A stretch of DNA of 64,000 nt from positions 55,490,001-55,554,000 of the forward strand of contig OZ336882.1 in the NCBI GenBank assembly GCA_965287045.1, given 5' to 3'. The stretch's first letter is position 1. Each line of letters starts with the position of its first letter. The position numbers and the translations under genes were made by a program. Source of the DNA: Carcharhinus amblyrhynchos. Lineage: Eukaryota. Below the pieces are notes generated by a model, which worked only from the letters and a program-made list of their open reading frames with translations, made no database searches and was not told where the DNA came from. Positions 53,816 through 64,000 of the stretch are shown one piece after another.

Positions 53816-54800
53816 CTCTTTGCAAATCTTCAGAGCATCCCAGGTAAATTAGTAACCGTACGAGTCGTAACTCAGATGTTGGTTAGAGCAATCGGTCGAT
53901 CCATACAAGTCCCAAGAAGAAGCTGATGATACGGGAATTAAGTAAACTCCACTAATTGTCCGTCCACTCAATACACGCCGAAAAGAAAAAAAGCTGCAAG
54001 AAGTTATTCTACTGTTTGTACAGAGTCTGAGTCAAAGTCACAAACGCATCAAAAGGGAGACTGGTGCCACCGTTGCACAGTGAGGAAGATGGACACAGAG
54101 GCACTAAACTTCCAATAATAGTATTCAATCCTTGTCTCCAACTCTCCAGGAAAAGTTCCTTCAAATGCAAACTGGTGAATCCTAGGAAAGTTCACGTCTC
54201 TGGTTGTCCCAGCAAATCCCGTGAAATACAATTGCTACAAGATGAATTCTCTTACAACTTGTGAACCTTTGGCACAGCCAGGAGTCGACTTTACCTGTGT
54301 GTAGCACCCTCTTTACTGTCTTCGGACTTCATACTCTGGCAGTCACAAATGTGCTACACATTTAAATCCAAAGTAAACAAAACAAAGTTCTAGGCGGGAA
54401 GAGGACTGTTTACACACTTGGATCACTGAAAAAAACGTTTTTTAAGTTTCACTGTATAACACAGAGCCGTTCTCTTCTGGTAATGGGACTGCTATTCCCA
54501 GAGAGAAGTGTCCCAGTTTGTACTCTCACTGTACATAGGAGGTAGCTGCAGAGCTCTGGGCTCTATTGCCTGTTCTCGCAGCTCGCTCTCTGCACACTGT
54601 CTGACTGAGACAGTATTGCCAAAGCCTGTGCCCTGAAGGGGTCAGCAGCATTAGAAATCTCAATTAGCAGCTCTCGCGTTACACCCACTGTTTGCTGGAA
54701 GGTTCTATCTCTCACTCACTCTGAGGTAACAATAGCTCTTAAAGGGAGCTGAAAGAGAGGAGGTGGCTCCAGTCGCCTGGTACCTCCCCCCTACCCCCCC
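53816..54800 (-). promoter_or_regulatory. FGFR4: Candidate FGFR4 non-coding exon 1 and proximal promoter
   Basis: Consensus donor AAGAG|GTAAGT at 53816 and a second candidate ACAG|GTAAAG at 54295; no recognisable repeat; locally more CpG; forkhead-like GTAAACA/TGTTTAC sites. FGFR genes have a non-coding first exon. TSS not determinable from sequence. Confidence 0.55.
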
Positions 54801-56569
54801 AGCTCTGCACCAAAATCCTTTCACACACTGGAAGGAGAAAAGGTAGCGTTTGTCCTATCTGTGGAGAATAGGATTAACCCTTTTCAATGCAGGCTCCTCG
54901 CTGCAACAATGACAACCTGCTTTCTGCTACAGTACCTAGTTATTTAGAAAACACTGCTGCCCTCCAAAAGAGATTGACAAAGAGGGAATTCTTCACATAT
55001 CTTCAGCATTCAAGGGGAACTGAGTGAAAGTTGACATTTGAAAACATATAAATATTCTTTATTGTAATTTTTCTCACACATATTTGCCAAGAATTTGGTC
55101 TGAACGATGTGAAAATACTTCCACTGCCCCATCCCTCCTTGAGGCCAGCCCCCTCTTTCCGAAAAAAAATGGTTCCTAATCTTCACAGAAGCTTTATCAC
55201 AGGTATTGATTTGACAATTTGTATTTTTAATTTTTTTTTGCCTTCAATTTTCCTCCCCCCACACCCCCTCCCTTCCCTCCCCCTTCTTGTAGGTGCTAGT
55301 TCTTTGCTGGCTACCCTCCAATACCTCCCAGAAGTTACTGAATCATTTAGATTACTGTTACAAGTCGCCCTGCAATGCCTCTCCCAAAATGCCTATTCTT
55401 CAGCCATGAGCTGAGACAGCAAGCGTCAACAAGCTGTATGATTATCGGGTGCCAGGTTTTCATCTAGGATGGAGCCCTTCTGATTTTTCCTTTCCCAAAG
55501 CCCAAAGGCACCAAGACTATTATTGCTATGCTTAGGCCACCCTAGTTGTGATCAACTAACGCAAAATTCTTCTCACATACATAGCTCAGTGCACACTGAT
55601 CAAACAAAGCTATCATAACTTGTTGGCAATTATTTTCTTTCTGGCACATAAGTCAGTAAAGAGGTATGTACAAAGCAAAACAACATCAACTTGCATTTGC
55701 AATTTCAAAGTACTAAGATGCCCCATTGCTTCATATGAACATTATCAAGATGTTTTTAAAAAATCAGGCCTTTGGCACACTGTGAGATACTATACACCAA
55801 AGTACATCTCAGAATTGGATGCCATTTATTCATTATTAACCTTCATTTTCCACGGAGATTTTTACCCTTCATCTAAAAGGCTTTACTCCCTTGGCCTATT
55901 TCTTGAACAGGTCATTAATTTTAGGATAGCTTCTGAATAAAAGTCTACTTTTTCACTTTTTCTGGATCTTCCAAAACCTAAATGAGTGGGATGGCTGTCT
56001 TCTACTCTCAAATCAGTGGCTGAGAGAAATGCCAGATACTTATTCATTCTCTTTTACTTTTTAAGGTGGAAGTGTTGTCTAGCCAATGTTTCACATCTCA
56101 TGGTGGTGTGGCTGAAATCAAAATATGAACGAACATGGATATAAACCCTTCACAGCCTCCAATTTATAATGTCTTGTTCCTAAGTAAACACACAATGCAA
56201 ATTCTCCCTAATTAAAAAAATAATCTATCATTGTGCACCTCTAGCACTTAAAGTATCTGCAAAGTAGTAGTTTGGGCACATTATAATTTGAATGAAATAC
56301 AAAAATCTTATTGTTTTATTACAATATTTCCCTCCCTTTTTTAACATCAGTGTTGGATTAGAAAATAGAATGATTGACAGAATTTTGGGAGCAATGTTAC
56401 TCCTCCTTAGCTCTTCTTCCAAATGAGTGTAATACTGCAATATAGCATCAGAATTTTTAAACTGTCAGCCAGAACCATAGACAATCCAAGAAAACAAATT
56501 GGGACTTGAATTTAACTGTGATTTCTGGGCAGAGCAAAATTGAAAACTAAAGAGGAAAATGTGAGAGAC

Positions 56570-56995
56570 AGTTACCAGTTCAGGCAGTATCTGTCAAGGA
56601 GTACAGTTCAGGCAATATCTGCCAAGGAGTGCAGTTCAGGCAGTATCTGCCGAGGATCACAGCTCATGCAGAATCATGGTATACAGGTAAGATGGTACCT
56701 GCCAGAGAGCGCGGGTCAGGCGGCATCTGCTGGGGGGCGTGGGTCAGGCAGCATCCGCCGGGAGGGCACGGGTCAGGCAGCATCTGCCAGAGAACACGGG
56801 TCAAGTGGTATCTGTCGAGCAACATGGCTCTGGCAATATCTGCCGCGGAACATGGGTCAGGCAGCATCTGTCGAGCAACACAGCTCTGGCAATACTTGCT
56901 GAGGAACACGGGTCAGACAGTATCTGCCCGGGAACACGGGTCAGACAGTATCTGCCTGGGAACACGGGTCAGGTAGTATGCCGAGGATCACAGGT
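56570..56995. repeat. About 28-bp minisatellite, roughly 15 diverged units
   Basis: Consensus GGGTCAG(G/A)CAG(T/C)ATCTGCC-G-GAACAC, with near-identical neighbours at 56910-56965. Confidence 0.85.
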
Positions 56996-57954
56996 CGGAC
57001 ATTCTCTGTCATGGGAAAACAGGTTAGACAATATGTGTCATGGGAACACATGTTCTGTCATGGGAATCTGTCATGGGAACAAAATCATTTTCAGCACAAA
57101 ATTGGAAATAAGTTAACCGAGAACTTCCACATTGGTTTTGGCATAATTTCAGTGTTTAATCCTTTTTTTGGCAGCAAAGTGGGAGCGGAAGCTGTTTACA
57201 CTGGTTTGCCGCCACAAAATCTGTCTCCCTGAATTGCCTCAGGCTTTTTGGCTCCTCTAACAAGGAGGAATCCCATTTGAGATCAGTTACCTACACTCTT
57301 AACACAAGAGCCCATGGTTCACATGTTTGTGTCTACTCCATTTGCAGAACACTTAAGGGGCGGGGCAGGGCAGGTTGGGCTCAAAATTCAAAGAAATTGT
57401 CAGGAAAAGCTGAGACAGGTGACAGTGAGATATTTCTAAGTCAGAAGAAAAGTTTTGGCACTGATTCTTGCAACTATTGTCTTTTGGATTCCGCCTCCAG
57501 CGATCTGGACTTGCTTCTCACTGCTTCTGACAGCCTTGAAACCATTGAGGGGTTTCCTACCCCCCTCCACCTCCCCATACCCCAGCCCCCCCCTCTCCCT
57601 ACTCCCTACACCACCCACCACCCCCCCACCACCCTCCACCTCCCCCCAACAAAAAAAAATCAGGGCATCTTAGGAACAGGTATGGCATTTCCCGTGGGCA
57701 AACCATTGTACAGCATGGAGAAGGAGCAGCAGCAGTGGCAGCAAAATGGTGCAAAGGAAAGTCAGGCAGCATTTAAGGAGGCTGAACCCACTTAATTCAA
57801 CTTTCTATTTTAAAGAATATATAGACAATACGCTTCAATATACAGATTGTACTAGTAACTTAAAGAGGAGATGTGTAGTCCTGTTGCCATCTATGTTAGG
57901 ACCTTGGATCTACACTGGTCTATCTACAGTGATTTCCCTGTGGTCTTGAAGATG

Positions 57955-58186
57955 GTAAGAAGTCTCTCAACACCAGGTTAAAGTCCAACCAGTTTATTTA
58001 ATAGTAAACCCACAAGCTTTCGGGGTTTGCCCCTTCGTCAGGTGAGTGGAGAGTTCTGGTCTCACCTGACGAAGGGGCAAACCCCGAAAGCTTGAGAGTT
58101 TACTATCAAATAAACTGGTTGGACTTTAACCTGGTGTTGAGAGAATTCTTACTGTGTTTACCCCAGTCCAACGCTGGCATCTCCAC
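57955..58186. mobile_element. Penelope-like fold-back insertion with two opposed minimal hammerhead motifs
   Basis: 92-bp inverted arms (57955-58046 and 58061-58152), 14-nt spacer, TSD GTCTTGAAGATG (57943-57954 and 58187-58198); each arm has CTGACGA-AGGGGCAAACCCC-GAAAGCTT. Confidence 0.8.
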
Positions 58187-59419
58187 GTCTTGAAGATGAA
58201 TATCAGCCTCAACCTTAATGGCACAGGTTCAATTCAAACAGCAACCTTTGTAGCCAGGTTTCATTATAGGAATGCTTTGACTCAAACATGATATCACAGC
58301 AAGGCAGCAGTGAGACAGGGTTACCTAGTTTTATGGGATTGCTTGCTTTCCAAAGGGACAGCGTAGAATAAATAGCACATGCATTGCTTCGTGACAAAGA
58401 GCATGTTTATTGTAGAACATTCCAATAGTGAAAACAAGCCCTACTTAATCTGACCTTGATGCTTTCTCTGGGCGCTTATATAGAAGCCTTTCTTTCACCT
58501 TTTCTGGTGCCCCTCAGGCTGAGGGTCAATATTGCAACAGATGGCTAGCTGCTCATATTCAACAAAAGGGTCATGAAGCAGATATTGTCTTACCATCATG
58601 GTAGAGCTGCTGCTGCAGCTTTGGAGCTAATTTCTAGGAAACCAATGTCATCTTTTTTCTTCCACTGATAGTGTTCTAGAGCGTTGGGCTGGTGAAGGAG
58701 GCAGTTAAGTGGAGGCTGGGGAGAGGTTGGCCTGAGGTCTGATGCGTGCTGTGGCTTGAGAATTGTAGATGCATTCTAACCACCATTATTCATTGGTATA
58801 GGAACTGTGTCTTCACTGATCAGCAGGACGGCTGATCTAATGCTGAGAACCCTGAGAAACAGTAACATGCATTCAGGCTGCCACGGCATGGAAGCAAGTT
58901 TTCCGATTGTTGTCTATTCTGCCCCTATTGCCACAGAATTTCTGTATTGCTGTGGAATATATGCATGGACTGGTCACAAGGCATTTTCTGAATATGGAAA
59001 TGATGCTAGCACATGCTCCAGTGACGTCATCAATGAAGAAGAAACTTCCTGTTGTTACCCTAAATGAAAACTGTAGCCTCAAGAGTCATATTTGTCAGTT
59101 GCCATAAGTAGTTGGAGATGATCCTCAGAGACTACACATACATCTAACTGCCTTCTTTTCAAGTGAATATCCATAAGCTCCGGATCCGATGATTCCAAAT
59201 CCAATGGTAGCTTCAGTCTTCACTGGGAAGTTGGTATACATTCACCATTTTTCTCATGCTGTATGATTCACCTGGTATCCTCACTATCGCTATCTAATTC
59301 CCCTGCATGCCTCTCTCACTGTCACAATAGCATCTGAACTAATCAATTGGAATGCAAAGCATCAATGAAGATTTTGGGATGGAGGATCAATAAGCTTGAC
59401 ACCATCCAGAACAAGGCAA

Positions 59420-59632
59420 CCCGCCTGATCGGCACGCCAAATTTCTTTAGTCTTCTGAGAAAGTAGAGACACTGGTGAACTTTCTTAAATATAGCATCGA
59501 CATGGAGGGACCAGGACAGGTGATCTGGAAACCTAAAAACTTGAAGCTTTCGACCATTTCTACTCATCCCCATTGATATAGACAGGGGCATGTCCTCCAC
59601 TATACTTCATGAAGTCGATGACTATCTCCTTA
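59420..59632 (-). mobile_element. Rex/Babar-like LINE fragment
   Basis: LSWSLHVDAIFKKVHQCLYFLRRLKKFG motif. Confidence 0.65.
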
Positions 59633-59675
59633 ATTTTCTAGTACCATCTAGAAAGACATGAGCAGTAGACATATA

Positions 59676-60010
59676 GAAGTATAGAAACATAGAAAATAGG
59701 AGCAGAGGGCTGCCATTTGGCCCTTTGAGCCTGCTCTGCCATTCATCACGATCATGGTGGATTGTCCAACTCAATAGCCTAGTCATGCTTTCTCCCCATA
59801 ATCTTTGATCCCATTTGCCTCAACCATTAGCCACCTCTTCAATGTTTTGGCATCAACTATTTCCTGTGGCACTGAATTTCACAGGTTCACCACATTTTTG
59901 GTGAAGAAATGTCTTCTCATCTCCATCTTAAATAGTCTACCTTGTATCCTCAGAATGTGACCCCTAGTTCTGGACACTCCCATCATTGGGAACATCCTGC
60001 CTGCATCTAC
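59676..60010 (-). mobile_element. Old CR1 3' fragment
   Basis: ATAGAAACATAGAAAATAGGAGCAG tail and a diverged ORF end. Confidence 0.75.
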
Positions 60011-60668
60011 ATTGGAACACCACAACCCTAAAGTTCTCTTTCAAGCCACTCACCATCCTTACATGGAAGTATATCACCATTCCTTCACTGTAGCATGGTC
60101 AAATTCCTGGAACTCCTACCTCTAATAGCATTGTGGATGTACCTACACTACATGGACTGTGACAGTTCAAGAAAGAAGTCACCACTGCCTTCTCAAGGGC
60201 AATTAAGGATAGGCAGTAAATGCTGGCCTGGCCAGCGGCTCCCACATGCCATGAATGAATTAAAAACAGTTCCAGAACCCCAGTGTGGTCTACTCTTAAT
60301 CATCATCATCACAGTTAATGAAGAGTAAATTTATTTCCATCTTCACCTTCAATTTTTTTATCTTTTTTTGTCCTTATTTCTTGAATGCAGACTTTTAAGA
60401 ACATTCTAGATTCACTCGTTGCACTTCACAAGCAGTTCTGCAATAGGAGTAACTGTGATCAAGGATGCCTGTTAGGAATGTATGTATTGTTACCAAATGA
60501 CATTTTTGAGAAATGGGCCTGTAAGGAATTTGTAAATGAATCACATGGTTTTCTTAATCTGCTGGGTCAACCTGAAGTTCAAAGGTCTCTTGTATTGCTT
60601 TTTAATGAAGACTCCCTTAGCCATTCTTAAGAAAATGCTGGTGGCCAATGTAATATTTAAGAGTTCAT

Positions 60669-60944
60669 GGGTGGCACGATGGCACAGTGGTTAGCACTGC
60701 TGCTTCACAGTGCCGGGGACCTGGGTTCAATTCAGCCTGTATCATTGTGCAGAGTCTGCAGGTTCTCTCTGTGTCTGCATGGGTTTCCTCCGGGTACTCC
60801 AGTTTCCTCCCATAGTGTGAAAGACGTGCTAGTTAGGGACATTGACTGTATTAAATTCTCCTGGACAGGTGGTAACTAGGAGATTTTCACAGTAACTTAA
60901 TTGCAGTGTTAATGTAAACCTACCCATGACAAATAAATAAACTT
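60669..60944 (+). mobile_element. tRNA-derived SINE, near full length (HE1/V-SINE-like)
   Basis: A box TGGCACAGTGG, B box GGTTCAATTC, central GGGTTTCCTCCGGGT motif; related pieces at about 2372-2560, 22757-22980, 36075-36195, 41150-41270 and 63819-64000. Confidence 0.8.
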
Positions 60945-60997
60945 AATATTCCTTTCTAATATATACGTAAAATGGTCTTTAAGCTTGACTAGGACTG

Positions 60998-61217
60998 TGT
61001 GGTGATTGTCCGTTTAAAGATTCAGAGTAAAGGTCACATGACCCAGGGAACCAACTGGAGAACAGGGGTGCGGGAATCACCCTAGTGAACTAGGGTTTCT
61101 GTTCCAAAACCTTCTCAGGAGCTGACTGCAGCCACAAAACTAAAAGCCTCTGTATAGTTTTAGCCTGTAAATAAATGAGTTGTACTTTCCTTAAACCAGT
61201 AAACAAAAACTATTACA
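60998..61217 (+). mobile_element. Solo LTR
   Basis: TGT...ACA ends, internal AATAAA, perfect 5-bp TSD GACTG. Confidence 0.75.
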
Positions 61218-61629
61218 GACTGTTGACAGGATGTAAAGTAAATAGAATAGAGAAAAGATAGACTTGTACCTTCCACAATCTCAGGACCTCCCAAAGCATC
61301 TTGTAATAAATGAAGTACATTTGAACGGCCATTAGTGTGGAAAACACAACAGTCATTATGCAAACAAAAAGCTTTCTCCATAAACAATGTTATAATCACC
61401 AGATAATCTGATTTTATGATATTGTTTGAAGATTAATTATTGACAGAACTGGAGAGAGCTCTCCTGCGCTTCAAAATAGTAGTCTTTTGTGTCCCGCTGA
61501 GATAACAGACTTTAATATTGCAGATGAAAGATGGCACTGTAAATATTGTAACATTCTCACAATGTGCCACTCTTCACTGTTTACTCTCCTTCCTTAGTCT
61601 CCCTAATTCCCATTGACTTCAATTTTCAT

Positions 61630-63170
61630 AGGGCTCCTTGATGTCATATTCGAACAAATGCTGCCTTGATATCAAGGGCTGTCACTCTCACCTGACTTCT
61701 GGAATTCAGCTTTTTCATCTATGTTTGGGCTAAGGCTATGCTGAGGTCTGGAGCTAAGTGGTACTGGTGGAATCCAAACTGAGCACCAGTGAACAAGTTA
61801 CTGGCTTGATTGGACTGTCAGTGACAGCTCCCAGCATTTTGCTGATCATTGAAGGTCAAATTATGGTGCAATACTAGACTAGTCGGGATTTGTCCTTTAT
61901 TTTGTGGACAGAACAAACCTGGAAAATTTTCCACTGTATTGGATTGATACCAGTGTTGTTGTTCTGGAGCAGCTTGACCAGGGCTGTAGTTAGATCTGGA
62001 GTTGTCAGAGCCTTTGTTGTATCCACTGAGCTCCATGTTTCTTGATAATATCTGGAGTGAATGGAACTGGCTGAATACTGGCATCAAGGATGTCAGGGAC
62101 ATCAGGAGGAGGAAAACATGGGTCATTAATTTGACAATTTTGATTAAAGATGGCTATAAATGCTTCAACTATGTAGTTTGCACTAAGAACGTTAACCTTG
62201 TGCTCCCCCACCATTCAGTCTGAGGAAGCTTCTGGAACATCCTCCTTCCATCATTTGTTGAATGATCCATCACATTCATGACTTGGTGTGGCAAGACTGA
62301 AGGGTTTTGGTTTGATCTTTTGGTTGTGGATTTGCTTAGTTTTGTCTATAAAAATTTGCTTCTGCTATTTATTATATAATCCTGTTTTGTAACTTCACTA
62401 GTTTGGCACCACATTTTTAGATATGACTGGTTCTGTTCTTGGAATGGCCCCCTATACTCCTCATTGAACCAGGGTTGTTCAGCTAGTTTGATGGTAATGT
62501 TGGAGTGGGGGATATGCCATGCCATGAAGTTACAGATGGCAGTAGAGGACAACTCTGTTGCTGTTGATGGCCTGTAGGTGCAGTTTGACAGAAAGCTCCT
62601 TTAGAACTCAGCCAGCTGAATCAGTAGGTGCTTGTGAATAACTCTTGGTGATGAGCACTGAAGTCATCATCCAGCGTATATTCTGTGTCCTTGCTGCCAT
62701 TAGTGGGTCTTCCGACGTTTGTTCAGCATGGGGAGAATGTTGATTAGTGAATTTGGGTGGAGTGGTACATGGTAATTAGTGGGAGGTTTCCTTGTGCATG
62801 TTTGACCAAGTGCCATAAAACTTCATAGAGACCAGAATCAATGTTGAAGACTCTTGGTGTCTTTGATTATATACCACCATGCCACACTTCTAGTGGATTT
62901 GTCTTGCTAATGAAACATGATGAGGCCAGGGATGATGATGGTGGTGTCTGGGACATGCTCTGTAAAGTAGGATCCAATAAGTATAATGAGTATGTCAGAC
63001 TGTTGCTTCATACATTTGAGGAACAGTTTTCCCGATTTTGGAACAAGTCCCCAGATATTTGTGAGGAGGGCTTTGCAGGCTGTTCTGGGAAAGTCTTTGA
63101 AATTTATGGTGTTAAGGTCAATACTGGGTTACCCGTTTTATTTCTATTCAACGTTTTTGCGATAGTTTGA
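61630..63170 (-). mobile_element. Old L2/CR1-like LINE internal fragment
   Basis: PWFNEE motif and similarity to the 14.1-14.4 kb segment. Confidence 0.65.
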
Positions 63171-64000
63171 TTAAAAAAAGAGTGGCTTGATTGGCCATTT
63201 CAGTTTGCACTTAAGAGTCCGGTAAGGACAGCAAATTTCCTTCACCAAAGGACATTAGCAATCCATATGGAACCAAATCGTTCCATGATCACTAACTGTT
63301 GCTAAATCCTTTGATTCCAGATTTATTGAATTTAAGTTCCCCAGCTGCCGTTGCAGGAATTGATCTCATGCTTACAGACCATTACTCCATTTAGATTACG
63401 AATCCAGTAACACAGCTGCAGTGTCATTGTTTCCACTGCCATTTCTAACAAATCTGTCACATCTATCATCCCATTAGTTTTAATTTCAATTGGCGACTCA
63501 ATGGCGTGGCCACCATTTACGTTTTTGAAGGAGGGGGGCCTGTCTCCAAGCATAGTATTCAGATTGCCATTTAAAAATTGGCAGCCCGGACTTGGAAAAG
63601 TGGGCCGGCAGGTTGTCTGTTATGAATAAATTAGCATCTATCTGCTGGGCACTTAACCCCAGTTTGGCAGAACTGCAGCCAACGGGTCGAATTTTCCAGT
63701 CCTGAGACCAGAAATTCCTGCCTAAGGTCAATGAATCTTTCAATGATCCATCCAGTTGCTTGTCCTGTCCACGATGAGACCCGCGGCAGGCGGGACTCAA
63801 AACATTTACCCCTATTTAGAATCCATACAGTGCAGAAGAAGGCCATTCAGCTCATCAAGTCTGCGCTGATTCTCTGACAGAGCATCCTACTCTGTTCCTA
63901 CCCCCTGTAACCCCACGTATTTACCCTGCTAATAGACAGAAGGGCAATTTACCATCGGCAATCCACCTAACCTGCACATCTTTGGAGTGTGGGAGGAAAC

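Noticed and set aside
56540-57116. Repetitive ORFs in several frames, and a superficially CRISPR-like array
   Set aside because: They come from a degenerate minisatellite with no unique spacers and no cas genes, in a eukaryotic context.
57277-57795. 172-aa Pro-rich ORF
   Set aside because: Low-complexity C-rich tract, non-ATG start and no domain.

Overview
Vertebrate genomic DNA, most likely a shark or other elasmobranch (inferred from the CR1, SINE and Harbinger repeat content). The window holds almost all of an FGFR4 gene on the minus strand. Sixteen coding exons run from the signal peptide (ATG at 42825) to the penultimate kinase exon (ending 2927). All have GT-AG boundaries and compatible phases, giving 2286 nt or 762 codons without a stop. 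I did not find the last coding exon (YLDL...), which probably lies left of position 1. A candidate non-coding first exon and promoter sit at about 53.8-54.8 kb. Introns and the upstream flank are rich in transposons: a young CR1 family, L2-like and Rex-like LINE fragments, tRNA-derived SINEs, Harbinger MITEs, solo LTRs and a Gmr1-type LTR relic. The most unusual signals are (1) TSD-flanked fold-back insertions carrying minimal hammerhead-ribozyme motifs of the Penelope-like type, (2) a duplicated short-uORF cassette in the FGFR4 5' leader, and (3) a three-layer nest of Harbinger, Gmr1 and CR1. I found no clearly new protein-coding system; repeat family names are from recognition, not database searches.
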